From: Pseudobacteriovorax antillogorgiicola
Lineage (GTDB): Bacteria; Bdellovibrionota_B; Oligoflexia; Oligoflexales; RGVZ01
Reading direction: 5' to 3'
Assembly (NCBI GenBank): GCA_945898195.1
Contig: CAMDHM010000003.1
Coordinates: 45,845-109,844 of the forward strand
Length of the DNA: 64,000 nt
Part shown: positions 37,328-47,336 of the stretch, in pieces
Numbering within the stretch: the first letter of the stretch is position 1
How the letters are laid out: the number at the start of each line of letters is the position of its first letter
Made by a program: the position numbers and the translations under genes
Notes under the pieces: model-generated
Databases searched by the model: none
What the model was told of the DNA's origin: nothing
Seen by the model: the letters and a program-made list of their open reading frames with translations, nothing else

Positions 37328-37981
37328 TCACCAAAGGTGAACGCCGAACTCGTCGTGCAGGGTTCGTACAAGCTCGGTTAAAGGCAGGCCGACGACATTG
37401 CTGTAGGAGCCCTCAATGCGTTCGATCATATATGCGCCGATACCTTGGGCTCCATAGCTTCCAGCCTTGTCCATCGGCTCGCCAGTGGCAACATAGGCGG
37501 CGGTCTCGGCCGCGGACAGGGTCTTGATCGAAACCTGGGTTTCAACCTTGAATGCCTTGTCTCTCAGCGGGTTCGCGCCTTTTAATTCAACGAGACAAAC
37601 CCCCGAGATCACGGTGTGGGTCCGACCTGACAGCTTGCCCAACATGCCTATGGCGTCTGGCCGGTCGAGGGGTTTTTCCAGAATTTCGCCGTCAAGGACC
37701 ACGATCGTGTCACAAGTGATGATGATAGTTCGTTCGGCACTTATGGCCTGGCCTTCTCGGGCTAAAATACTTGCAACGGTAGCTTCCGCCTTTTCCCTAG
37801 CGTTTCGGATCGTGTAAGCGCCCGGTTCTTCACCTAATTTTGGCTTTTCTTCGACATCTGGCGACAGCACCTCGTGGGTTACGATGTGGCCTAAAAGCTC
37901 GCGCCGCCGAGGGGAAGAACTGCCCAAAATGATTCGCGGAATGCCAATCTCATTCTGGCATAAATGTTTCTGTTTTTGCAT
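37328..37981 (-). CDS. maf: Maf-family nucleoside triphosphate pyrophosphatase
   Basis: ILGSSSPRRRELL, CDTIVVLDGEILEKP, GKAGSYGAQG and VVGLPL are canonical Maf motifs. Confidence 0.9.
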   Translation of the reverse strand: MQKQKHLCQNEIGIPRIILGSSSPRRRELLGHIVTHEVLSPDVEEKPKLGEEPGAYTIRNAREKAEATVASILAREGQAISAERTIIITCDTIVVLDGEILEKPLDRPDAIGMLGKLSGRTHTVISGVCLVELKGANPLRDKAFKVETQVSIKTLSAAETAAYVATGEPMDKAGSYGAQGIGAYMIERIEGSYSNVVGLPLTELVRTLHDEFGVHLW

Positions 37982-38087
37982 GGCGTGGGGTGCCTCCCGG
38001 ATGACCGGCTAAATATGCTAAAATTTAAGGAAATTCCACTATTTCTGACTCTGGCTACGGGTCCGAGTCGAAGGCAGGCATACAAAC

Positions 38088-39053
38088 ATGGCGGAAGTCC
38101 GGGAAATTGCCTACGTCGCTGTCGGTGACAACCATGCGCGGCATGTCGCGCAAATTGTTGCATCACCAGATTGGCGGGTGTCTGCGACGCTGTTGACCCT
38201 AAACGCCGCGTTGCAAGGATTCGTGTCCGGCAAATACGTGGCGATCATGCTCGAGGATACGCAGGATTGTCCGGCGGCACTTCATATCTTGCGTGAATTG
38301 TGCAACCCAATCCTATATCTGGCCCCAATTATGATTCTGGTGGATAAAGAGCGCGAAAATGACGAGAGCTCTTTTGATATCCATTTTGGGTTTATTTGCA
38401 TGATGAAGCCGATCTCCAGAATGGTAGTGATTCAGACCTTTACTAATATGGTTAGGCGAATCAATTCGCCGTCTGGCATCGCGGCCCATGCTTGCTCCAA
38501 GGCTTACGGAAATGGTGAGGGTGTGGGACCAATTGAAGCGCTTCCGGGTTTCACGCAACTTGTGAAAGATCCGACGTTTGCGCATCGCCTTCCCAATTTT
38601 CGCGCACTCACCAAGCTTCGCAGTGTTGTGGGGGACACAGCGCGTGGTGGAATTCATATCGACGGGTTCAGACTGGCAGAGGCTGATCTATTGAGGCACG
38701 CCAAAAGCTTTCCTTCAAACATCGTTGCATATTTGATTTTATCCAGCCTTTACGCCGATTATTCCATGACGATTCTTGCGCGGCGTTTGGTTCAAAACGC
38801 GGCAGTTTCCGCGCAAAATTTCTCACTAGCAACGGCATTTTTAGCCCAGTTGCATCTCCTTCTTGGCGAAATGGAAGATGCCATCATCGTTCTTGGGCGC
38901 TTATTGAAAATGCGTTACTTACCCGAACAGACCAGCTTTTCTTTGGCTAAATTATATTGTTCGGTCGGCCGTGCTGATCAGGCAGATAATTTGCTCGCCG
39001 GACAAGCGGGTCGTTTTAACGCACTGAGAGCGGCCTGGATCGATACGAAATGA
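38088..39053 (+). CDS. Hypothetical protein: receiver (REC)-like N-terminal domain + TPR-like C-terminal helices
   Basis: N-terminus has the REC beta-alpha rhythm (IAYVAVGDN..., VAIMLEDTQDCP, IMILVDKE, ICMMKPIS with the conserved K-P), but the acidic pocket is degenerate (GDN instead of DD). The C-terminus has TPR-like repeats (LYADYSMTILARRLVQNA..., LHLLLGEMEDAIIVLGRLL, LAKLYCSVGRADQADNLL). Confidence 0.45.
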   Translation: MAEVREIAYVAVGDNHARHVAQIVASPDWRVSATLLTLNAALQGFVSGKYVAIMLEDTQDCPAALHILRELCNPILYLAPIMILVDKERENDESSFDIHFGFICMMKPISRMVVIQTFTNMVRRINSPSGIAAHACSKAYGNGEGVGPIEALPGFTQLVKDPTFAHRLPNFRALTKLRSVVGDTARGGIHIDGFRLAEADLLRHAKSFPSNIVAYLILSSLYADYSMTILARRLVQNAAVSAQNFSLATAFLAQLHLLLGEMEDAIIVLGRLLKMRYLPEQTSFSLAKLYCSVGRADQADNLLAGQAGRFNALRAAWIDTK

Positions 39054-40024
39054 GCGATAGCGAAGTTAAATCCCCGGTTGCAGATCTTCCGTCGGCCTCA
39101 TCTCCGGGTGGATTCCTGGCTTTTTGGGGTGTCCGTCATTCGCCCTTTTTTGGGAGGGCAGATGTCCCGGCCGCTTTTCTCTTAGAAAATCAGCGCAATG
39201 TTGCCGCGCGCGTCCTCATTGCCGCACAAGATGGCGCCCCGGTTGTGACAATAGGAGGTCCAGGCGGAGTCGGTTTAACCCTCCTTGCAAAATGGTTGTA
39301 CGAAGCGCTGCCCGAGGCATCGCATCATGCGATGCTCCTCGCGCCTGGTGGCCCGGGAACAGAACCAGCGGCGTTAACGACGAGAATCGCAGCATTTGGA
39401 GCATCTCGGCTAGGTGTTGCGATGGCTACGATGTGCCTCACCACCGAATCCATGCGCGATCAGATGATTACAATTGCGCCGGTTCTTGATGTTTTGCGTC
39501 GCGGACAAAAACGGCTGGCAATCATTTTCGATAATGCTGGATTGCTGTCGGGTGAGCCATGGGCATCCTATATTCTTTCGGTTATAAGGCAGGGTGAGTT
39601 GATTGATGGCGTGCTTCAGTTTTTTCTTTTTGGCCATGAGACTGAGCTTCAGAAAATCACATCATCTTGGCCGAGAGCGCTCGATGCTCGGACCATCAAT
39701 ATCGCATTGCTCGCGCCCTCGGAAGCCGATCAACGAAAATGGCTTGAGCACAGAATTATCTTGGCTGGAAGTGACGATGCCAGCGCCCGCAAAATATTTT
39801 CCAATGAAGCGGCTAAAGAGGCGATCTCTGGCTCAGGCAACAACCTAACTAAGCTGGGTCGAATAGCCGAGGCGGCGATGATCGAGGCCTTCATGGCTAG
39901 TTCTAGGCAGGTGGAGTCAAGGCACGTTGCAATTGCGTTGGGTCATCAAGACAGGCAGGAAGTTTCAGTCTCGCCGCTTGCAGTCCGTGGGACAGGGTTG
40001 TTGGATCTTTTGAAACCAATCTGA
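39050..40024 (+). CDS. ExeA/GspA-like AAA (AAA_22-type) protein with degenerate Walker A and B motifs
   Basis: FWGVRHSPFFGRADVPAAFLLENQRNVAARVL...VVTIGGPGGVGLTLLAKWL follows the ExeA pattern (fFgL...PF...p.flf.s..h.eal..L...tGe.GtGKT.l). The Walker A Lys is Leu. Walker B reads LAIIFDNAG (DN, not DE). ATGA overlap with the upstream gene. Confidence 0.55.
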   Translation: MSDSEVKSPVADLPSASSPGGFLAFWGVRHSPFFGRADVPAAFLLENQRNVAARVLIAAQDGAPVVTIGGPGGVGLTLLAKWLYEALPEASHHAMLLAPGGPGTEPAALTTRIAAFGASRLGVAMATMCLTTESMRDQMITIAPVLDVLRRGQKRLAIIFDNAGLLSGEPWASYILSVIRQGELIDGVLQFFLFGHETELQKITSSWPRALDARTINIALLAPSEADQRKWLEHRIILAGSDDASARKIFSNEAAKEAISGSGNNLTKLGRIAEAAMIEAFMASSRQVESRHVAIALGHQDRQEVSVSPLAVRGTGLLDLLKPI

Positions 40025-40042
40025 GAAGGAGTTCGTTGAACC

Positions 40043-43000
40043 GTGAGGATTACCAGGCGTCAGCAGAAAGCACTAACCCTCGTCGTCATTGTTATGGCCG
40101 CGATGTATATGCTCAACCTGGTTGTCGATAATCCATACAGCCACAGGTTTGTGCGCAATACTGTTGACCGTCTTCTTCGTGAATCCACAAACATTTCTGT
40201 AGATTACCGGGTAATGCGGGTCCAGATATTTCCCCCGGCCCTTGATCTCTATGGACTCGAAATTACCCGCACGGACGTTGCACGTGATGATCTGACGGCG
40301 GCCAATCGAAAAGTCTTAGGTGCCGCTCATATCCGAGCGACGCTTTCCATTTGGTCATTGCTGATAGGACAACCACAACTCGCCTCGTTCGAGGCGAATA
40401 ACACACGCCTTGACGTCGACGATCTGAGCAGTCTCGGTAAACTGGTCAAACAACAGGGACCGAAAAACAACTCGTCTGCCAAATTGGCGTGGCCTCCAGA
40501 ATTTTCAGTCCCCGTTCGGAAGGTGATTCTGCGTAATGCTCGAGTCTCACTGTTTCAGATGGGTGAGCTTCGGCCAATTCCATTAGCGCCAAATTCATTT
40601 CTGTTTAGCGGGGAGAGTATTGACCTAGCATTGACCGTTCAGGGCTGGGATAGCGCAGACCTATCTATTTCAGCGTCTGATGTTGCATTACGCGCTGGAG
40701 GTACAAACTATCTCACGGGCGCAAGGTTGGTTGCAGAGGCAACATACAATACAAATACAGTCGATGTAAAAATCGAAAAAATGGAGAGCTCCGGCTTGAG
40801 CGGGGATGGATCGGCGAGAATAAGGCTTGACCAACTTGTGCCACTGCCAAACCTGCGCATGATTTCCGGAGATGCAACACTGCAGTTAGCTGGCGATATT
40901 GGCCTTCTTGGCTCTATTCTTGAGATTCCAGAAACCGTCGGGCCTGCAAAGGCTTCTTTGATCGCAAAATTTGCAGTGCCGATAAATAGCAGCCTCGGGA
41001 AGGCGGAATTTAAATTGTCGGTAGATGCCGAATCATCGGGAGCGATATTCGGGGGATTTAAGCTTCATAATTTCAAAAGCCACCTCGGTATTGATGCCGA
41101 TCGAATTTCTTTTGACGACGTTCAATTAATTATCGGCAAAAAAAAATATGGAACAGGAAAGGGTGTGCTGCAGTTCGATGGGGCCGGACTTTATTCGTTT
41201 CAAGTTCAACCCGATGGATTGCCGCTAAGCAAACTACTTGACGTGTTCAATGTTAACTTTGATGCGTTTGATCTGGATATGACGGCGCCCGATCTCGTTC
41301 TTTCGGGGACGTCTGCACCATTTCGGATGAAGGCCTCCGCCACCATTGTCGCCAAAAATATTACCCTTCCAGCGACGCCATATGATCATTCAAAGTTTTC
41401 TGTCAGTCCAGACTGCGATTTAAACCTGCGCCTAGATATAAATTCACGACGCCTCCTGTTTGACGGGACACAAGGGGTTTGCCGTAGCTCTGGTGGCGAG
41501 ACATCCTTGGAGCTATCTGGGCCTATCTCCTTCGACGATAAATCCGGGATTGACCTCCTAATTAATGCAAAACGGGCCGATGCCAGCATTGGCGATTATT
41601 TTTCTCAAACGCCGATGCGCGGTGCCGGGAATTTCTCGGCTAGAGTTCATGGTCCCTACGACCGTGTTCTAATTTCAGGCGACGTTAATTTCACAGATTT
41701 TGAAGTTGGAAAAATGAATCTTGGTCGAATCTCAGCCAATTGGTCGGTTGATGGAAAGGTGGTGTCGTGGGAGAACCTGCGGATTGTTCCCGAAGAGGGT
41801 GCTGAGATCGTCCTTGAAAAGGGCTCTCTGGACATCGGCCGCAACATGAATATCAGCTCGCAAGTGCTGGCGGCTAATATTCCACCGTCATTGATCGATG
41901 GTTTTTTGCGTACGGTTAAAATCCAGCCGTCAATTGCATTTGGTGTGGAATCTGTTAGGGGCAGTATCAAGGGTCCACTAGGTGACCCGCTGTGGTGGGA
42001 TGTTGATGCAAACATCGCTCTTTTTGATCTGGATTATGAAGGAAAACGCATCGCGGATCATATTGCCGGAAAGATTCTTGCAAATCACGATGGCTGGCGT
42101 GTGTCTGAGGTAAATATTTTAAGTGGCGATCTCGCCATTGACGCTCGCTTGCGGCATGTTCGTGAGAAGATCCGGGAAAAAATCCGATCGGGCGGATCAG
42201 GCATTGCGGGTAATGATTCACTTGAGCTGGATGCCAAGGCCTATTCGGTGTCAAACCTCAAATCAAATCAGGATCATCTATCGCGTTTGCCCTATCTCGA
42301 AAAAAAATTAGCGGATTTGGGGATCAAAGGCTTCCTTGCCGGTGAATTGAAGCTTGGTGGTAAGCTTAAGGCCCTTGAGGGCGCGTTTGACGTATCGGTT
42401 ATGCGGCCAAAGTTGTTGGGGAGCGCGATAGCCCCATTGCGGGTCAAGGGCGTTGTTTCAGGGCGACGTGTGGAAATGATTTTGAATCATGGTGGAAATG
42501 CCCTCGAGGGTCGATTGTCTATCGATTCAGGGGCTCCGGGCACGTCATTTGAATGGTTTTTTACTGCCAATCGCTTGGATCTTCGTTTTCTGGGTACGCC
42601 ATGGTTCGCTAGTGACCCCAGGAATTATCTTTATATCAACGGATCTTGGATTATGCGTGGGCAGCTTGAAGATTTCTGGCGAAGCGCCGGCACACTGCGG
42701 GTCGCGGCAATCAATGGCAGGATGCTGCGCGAGGTGATGGGTGAGCAACGAGTGATGGACTTTAAGTCCGACTTACCCTTTGAAGCAGTATTTGAACGCG
42801 GGAATGTACGGTCAACTGGGACTAAGGATCTCGTGGTTTCCTCGCGACAGGCGCGGCTTCGAATGGTCTTGCAGGATGGCAATATTTTTCCTGGGCACAT
42901 GAATATTGGGGTAGACGGAAATCTAGAGATGTCTTTGCTCAGGGATATGATCCCGCAGTTTGAAAGCGCTACCGGAAAATTAGCATTCAAGGGGCAGATT

Positions 43001-44284
43001 AGCGGGAGCGTCAATGATCCTACGTATGGTTTTGAAATTGATGACGTCCGAGCCAATCCATTCACTGCAGGCTCGTGGGAGCCCGTGTCTATTGGACTGG
43101 CGGACTTTAGACCTCCTCTGCGCAACATTCGCCTCAAGGCGCTTTTGAAAGATGGTCTGGTCCAGATTGAATCTTTTAGCGCGTCAAAAGGCAGTGGTCG
43201 CCTGGATGGTGCTGGGACCTTTGCTTTTCGCGCCGGAGAAGAGGTAGGTGACTCAAGCATTGACATCCGGCTCGAAGATGCTGCGGTTGTATATCCCGTG
43301 GCATTCTTGAAGAGCTTTGAGTCGAATGTTAGCGGCAATCTTTCGCTGACTGGTAGGGGGCGACCCTATCGGCTTTCGGGAGACCTACAGGTTACGCGGG
43401 CTCGCTCAACCCGAGAGGTGGATCTGGGTGCCGAAATCCTAAATTCCATTCGCAAACAGTCGATTTCAATTCCCTCAGTAGCGACGGATCCTGTTCTTCA
43501 GTTCGATTTGACTGTCCGTGCAGATCAGACGGTAAACGTAAACAACCGTTTGATTCAGGCGTTGCTGAGCACCAATCTGCAGATTGGCGGCACCGATCAA
43601 CAGCCTTCGGTTCTAGGTCAGATAGATGTCGTTCGTGGTAAATTCGTCTATAAGCGTGATTTCTCAATTTCCCGGGGGATCATTTCATTCGATGATCCGC
43701 TTCGTGTTGATCCTACGTTGGAGATCACCGCAGTCAGCGAAGTGCAGAACTATCGGGTTTACATAAATATGTCTGGTCGTGCGTCGAATCCACGCGTGGA
43801 CTTTTCGATTGATCCGCCGACGCGACAGAATGGTAATGCCATTAGTAAAGTGGATATTCTTGTTTTACTTGGACGGGGCTCCCTGCCTGAAGAGCAGCAG
43901 GCCCTTGGCGAGACGCAGAACGTAGCGGCGACAGAAGCCCTTGGTTTTATTTGGGGTCAACTCGACGAGCCAGTCGAAAAGCTTTTTGACATGTCAGGAC
44001 AGAAGATCGTCAAGCAAGTATATTTTGATACCTATGCGTCACCTGATGGAAGGCCTCTTTTAAGGGTGAATCTACCGCTTAATCTCGGTAACGATTTGGA
44101 TGTGGTCCTTCGTGTCGATCAAGATCAGGCGATGAAGCTATCCAGCGAATTCGCACTGTCGGATAATATTTCTTTTGGGTTTGGTGTGGAGCGCCAAAGT
44201 CAGGACTCGGCAACGATCCAGACTCAGAGCACGATTCCAGCAGATACTGCAGCAGATTTGAAGTTTCGTTTTGCATTTCCTTAG
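40043..44284 (+). CDS. tamB: TamB/AsmA-like translocation and assembly module protein (DUF490 C-terminus)
   Basis: 1413 aa, GTG start, N-terminal TM anchor (ALTLVVIVMAAMYMLNLVV) and long beta-rich repeats. The C-terminus has the DUF490 pattern (GQIDVVRGKFVYKRDFSISRGIISFDD...LEITAVSEVQNYRVYINMSGRASNPRVDFSIDPP...ISKVDILVLLGRG). Confidence 0.8.
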   Translation: MRITRRQQKALTLVVIVMAAMYMLNLVVDNPYSHRFVRNTVDRLLRESTNISVDYRVMRVQIFPPALDLYGLEITRTDVARDDLTAANRKVLGAAHIRATLSIWSLLIGQPQLASFEANNTRLDVDDLSSLGKLVKQQGPKNNSSAKLAWPPEFSVPVRKVILRNARVSLFQMGELRPIPLAPNSFLFSGESIDLALTVQGWDSADLSISASDVALRAGGTNYLTGARLVAEATYNTNTVDVKIEKMESSGLSGDGSARIRLDQLVPLPNLRMISGDATLQLAGDIGLLGSILEIPETVGPAKASLIAKFAVPINSSLGKAEFKLSVDAESSGAIFGGFKLHNFKSHLGIDADRISFDDVQLIIGKKKYGTGKGVLQFDGAGLYSFQVQPDGLPLSKLLDVFNVNFDAFDLDMTAPDLVLSGTSAPFRMKASATIVAKNITLPATPYDHSKFSVSPDCDLNLRLDINSRRLLFDGTQGVCRSSGGETSLELSGPISFDDKSGIDLLINAKRADASIGDYFSQTPMRGAGNFSARVHGPYDRVLISGDVNFTDFEVGKMNLGRISANWSVDGKVVSWENLRIVPEEGAEIVLEKGSLDIGRNMNISSQVLAANIPPSLIDGFLRTVKIQPSIAFGVESVRGSIKGPLGDPLWWDVDANIALFDLDYEGKRIADHIAGKILANHDGWRVSEVNILSGDLAIDARLRHVREKIREKIRSGGSGIAGNDSLELDAKAYSVSNLKSNQDHLSRLPYLEKKLADLGIKGFLAGELKLGGKLKALEGAFDVSVMRPKLLGSAIAPLRVKGVVSGRRVEMILNHGGNALEGRLSIDSGAPGTSFEWFFTANRLDLRFLGTPWFASDPRNYLYINGSWIMRGQLEDFWRSAGTLRVAAINGRMLREVMGEQRVMDFKSDLPFEAVFERGNVRSTGTKDLVVSSRQARLRMVLQDGNIFPGHMNIGVDGNLEMSLLRDMIPQFESATGKLAFKGQISGSVNDPTYGFEIDDVRANPFTAGSWEPVSIGLADFRPPLRNIRLKALLKDGLVQIESFSASKGSGRLDGAGTFAFRAGEEVGDSSIDIRLEDAAVVYPVAFLKSFESNVSGNLSLTGRGRPYRLSGDLQVTRARSTREVDLGAEILNSIRKQSISIPSVATDPVLQFDLTVRADQTVNVNNRLIQALLSTNLQIGGTDQQPSVLGQIDVVRGKFVYKRDFSISRGIISFDDPLRVDPTLEITAVSEVQNYRVYINMSGRASNPRVDFSIDPPTRQNGNAISKVDILVLLGRGSLPEEQQALGETQNVAATEALGFIWGQLDEPVEKLFDMSGQKIVKQVYFDTYASPDGRPLLRVNLPLNLGNDLDVVLRVDQDQAMKLSSEFALSDNISFGFGVERQSQDSATIQTQSTIPADTAADLKFRFAFP

Positions 44285-44312
44285 TCTCCTTTTTTAGGGA
44301 ATTCATTAGATC

Positions 44313-47300
44313 GTGAGAAGCCTTCACAAAATCGTATTTTTGCTCATGATCATTGTCGGGTGTCCGGCAGGGATTGCGTTGTCTGCGCCGTGGGAGCTTG
44401 CGTCGGGCCTAGTATCTGAGGCGGCGCAACGGAATTTGCGCATGCGTCATCCCGAAGTCGAATCCCCGGGGGACCTAATGGAGCTCGTCGAGGAAATTGG
44501 GCGTAAAGCCGATTTTCTGCAAATTTCCGCATCATTCAGCCCGTCAGCTTCAGGCGGCGTGTTTATAATTTCCGCAAAACACGCCCAGATCGTTGGGGAA
44601 GTGAATATCGATAGCTCATTGCGGGATTTGAGGACGCAATTGAAGTCTATTTCTCAAAATGTTGAGGGACAGGTTGACACGGCTAGCATGCGTGCCAAGG
44701 TCCAGACAGATTTCATGAAATATTTGAAACTACGCGGCTACTATGAAGCACAAGTTACCATCAACCCCGTGGAGAATGAATCATACGTAGTTTATGAGGC
44801 TCGGGTTTCCGAGGGTGAGCCATGCATTATTGAAAAAGTTGATGTGGGAATTAAACTGCCGTTCGGGTTTCCGCAGGGTATCTCGCCAGGCGATATTTGC
44901 GACGAGGAATCTATCCGGCAGGCCGTCGACCGATTGTTGGAATCAGCGCGGCGGCGGGGCTACAACCAGGCTCGAATTGAATTGGCAGGGTTGACGCTAC
45001 ACCCGAATAAAAACACAGCGACCGTGCACATTGGTGGCGTGCTTGGAAAGCGGATTCGTTACCAGATTCGTGACCGATCAACAACGCTCAGAATCGACGA
45101 CCTTTTTGCGCAGGATGAACTTTCCGGTATCGATCCGAGCATTGTTGGTCCCGATGCAATGGCTGCCGAACTTACGAGGCGTTATCGCTCGAAAGGGTTC
45201 AGTGATGTTGCTGTCACTGGGCCAAAGCAGGAGCGCCCGAGCGATGATGAGATCGTTTACGTTTTTGATGTCGATCCGGGGACCCAGTATATTTTGCATG
45301 GAATTAATTTCGAGGGTGGCCAGCGATTTTCTTACCGTGAATTGATTGGTTTGATGAACATCAAGGGTTTTTGGCAAAACACCTCGGCCCCACTAGATCC
45401 TGATTTGATTCGATCCGGAGTCGAGGCGATCAAGGCAAAATACCAGGCGGCAGGGTTCTGGGATGTCGTCGTTCGTGATCGTCCGCCCTCTCGTGACAAG
45501 GAGTCTGGCGGTGCACAACTTACGATATCGATTAGTGAGGGCGATCAAAGAATTCTTGGTTCTATTCAGATTCAGGGGGTAAAGGCTTTCAGTCCCCATG
45601 AACTATTGGAGCTTCCTGAGGCGGACGGCGTTTTAAGTGTGGACTCTCCCCTGGACCGATCATCCTTATTTAAGCTTCAGCGGCTAATCAAAACAAAGTA
45701 TTTCGAGTCAGGATACCTATATTCTGACGTCAAATTGGACATGACTTTCCGGGCGGATCGAAAAAAAACCATAGTCGCTGTTGCCGTCGAGGTTTTCGAG
45801 GGAGCCCGGGTCAAGATTGGCAATATTTCTGTTATGGGGTTGGCGCGAACCAAGTCGAAAGTGGTGATGCGTGAGCTCCGCTTTGAAAGCGGTGACTGGT
45901 ACGATCCAGGAAAAATAACTGAATCACGGCGCGCACTCGTTACTTTGGGTCTTTTTCGGTCGGTGCAAATACTGCCTCTAGATCGAAATGCCCTTGCCGA
46001 TGAAGAGCCTGAACTGGATATCCTTGTGGATGTTCGTGAAGGCAAGGCGGGCAATGTCTCATTTGGTCCAGGGTGGAGCCTTGCTGATGGTTATCGTTTC
46101 AACACTGAGGCCACCTATTCGAATATCGGGGGCGTCGGCCGTCAGGTTTCTCTGCGTGCCGGGTTTGATCAGGAACTACGGCAGCCCGCGGTTAACAATA
46201 AAACACTTGTCGGGCGTAATATCGGCGCAGGATATGTCGAACCATATATCTTTGACTTGCCTGTGGATTTCAAAATTTCAGCAAACAACCAGGCTAGATC
46301 TACGGAGACAGCTTGGGAGATTAGTCGTGTTGGAGAAGTTGCCTTAACGCGCAAGCTACGCTGGCTTGGGGCCGACTCTCATGCATCAATGTTCTATGGG
46401 CAAAAATTCACGCGTCAGGAAAGTGATGTGGATCAACAGTCGGCACTACTGTCCGATGATGTTCGTGTTGGCTTCGTGGGGATTCGGGCCAACATTGACA
46501 AGCGTAATGATTTGACGTGGCCAACCAGTGGTTACACATTAATTCCTGAATTGAGTCTGGCCCGATTTGACCTTGGTGGGGACCTTCGGTATCTCCGTTC
46601 TGAGGTGGGATATGCGCGGTATTTCGGCCTTGGTGCGCGTTTTGTGCTTGCACTTGGGCTTTCGGTGACGACCTTTCATGACGTTGAGCGCAGAGGTGAG
46701 GACCGGTCTCTAGACCTTCTTCCTCCGTCCGAACGGATCTATGTGGGCGGCGCCGACACGGTCCGGGGCTTCCGTGAGAGATCGCTTGGACCGGTAATCC
46801 GAAGCCCATTCTTAAGTCAAGACGGAGTTTGGGACTGTTCATTTCATAATTCAAAATCGGGCGGCTCTCGTCGGGTGGTGCTTAAGGTTGAAGGACGTTA
46901 CCGGATTAGTGAGACCCTGGCGGCCACAGGTTTCTTTGATAATGGGAACGTTTTCTTTAGCAAAGACGAGGCAGACAGGTTTGCCCGTGCATTTTCCGAG
47001 CCTATTGAAGTTGGCAGCATTAGCGGCCAATGCGACTCAAAATCGGCATTGCGCTCAATTGAGGACAATAATGGTTATAACCTTGATGATTTGGGAAAAC
47101 ACCCTGATCGATTGTGGAATGATCATTACTCAAGTTTTGGGTCGAGTATAAATTTTTTGACCGCGATTGGATCGGTGAATCTCGCCTATGGGATTCCGCT
47201 TCATGAGCCAAGAACCGAGACCTGCAGTCAGAACGAGTCGTTATGTTTTCCACGCGGAAAACAATTCGGATATTGGTTGACGCGTGGGGAAATTCATTTA

Positions 47301-47321
47301 AACGTCGGCGCGCGCTTTTAA
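44313..47321 (+). CDS. Omp85-family outer-membrane protein assembly factor (BamA/TamA-like) with POTRA repeats, 1002 aa
   Basis: Signal peptide, several POTRA-like units (EGEPCIIEKVDVG, ILHGINFEGGQRFSYREL, GSIQIQGVKAFSPHELL, GNISVMGLARTKSKVVMREL) and a Bac_surface_Ag barrel (GNVSFGPGWS, YVGGADTVRGFRERSLGP, terminal ...NVGARF). Confidence 0.8.
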   Translation: MRSLHKIVFLLMIIVGCPAGIALSAPWELASGLVSEAAQRNLRMRHPEVESPGDLMELVEEIGRKADFLQISASFSPSASGGVFIISAKHAQIVGEVNIDSSLRDLRTQLKSISQNVEGQVDTASMRAKVQTDFMKYLKLRGYYEAQVTINPVENESYVVYEARVSEGEPCIIEKVDVGIKLPFGFPQGISPGDICDEESIRQAVDRLLESARRRGYNQARIELAGLTLHPNKNTATVHIGGVLGKRIRYQIRDRSTTLRIDDLFAQDELSGIDPSIVGPDAMAAELTRRYRSKGFSDVAVTGPKQERPSDDEIVYVFDVDPGTQYILHGINFEGGQRFSYRELIGLMNIKGFWQNTSAPLDPDLIRSGVEAIKAKYQAAGFWDVVVRDRPPSRDKESGGAQLTISISEGDQRILGSIQIQGVKAFSPHELLELPEADGVLSVDSPLDRSSLFKLQRLIKTKYFESGYLYSDVKLDMTFRADRKKTIVAVAVEVFEGARVKIGNISVMGLARTKSKVVMRELRFESGDWYDPGKITESRRALVTLGLFRSVQILPLDRNALADEEPELDILVDVREGKAGNVSFGPGWSLADGYRFNTEATYSNIGGVGRQVSLRAGFDQELRQPAVNNKTLVGRNIGAGYVEPYIFDLPVDFKISANNQARSTETAWEISRVGEVALTRKLRWLGADSHASMFYGQKFTRQESDVDQQSALLSDDVRVGFVGIRANIDKRNDLTWPTSGYTLIPELSLARFDLGGDLRYLRSEVGYARYFGLGARFVLALGLSVTTFHDVERRGEDRSLDLLPPSERIYVGGADTVRGFRERSLGPVIRSPFLSQDGVWDCSFHNSKSGGSRRVVLKVEGRYRISETLAATGFFDNGNVFFSKDEADRFARAFSEPIEVGSISGQCDSKSALRSIEDNNGYNLDDLGKHPDRLWNDHYSSFGSSINFLTAIGSVNLAYGIPLHEPRTETCSQNESLCFPRGKQFGYWLTRGEIHLNVGARF

Positions 47322-47336
47322 TGTCGGGAGATAATT

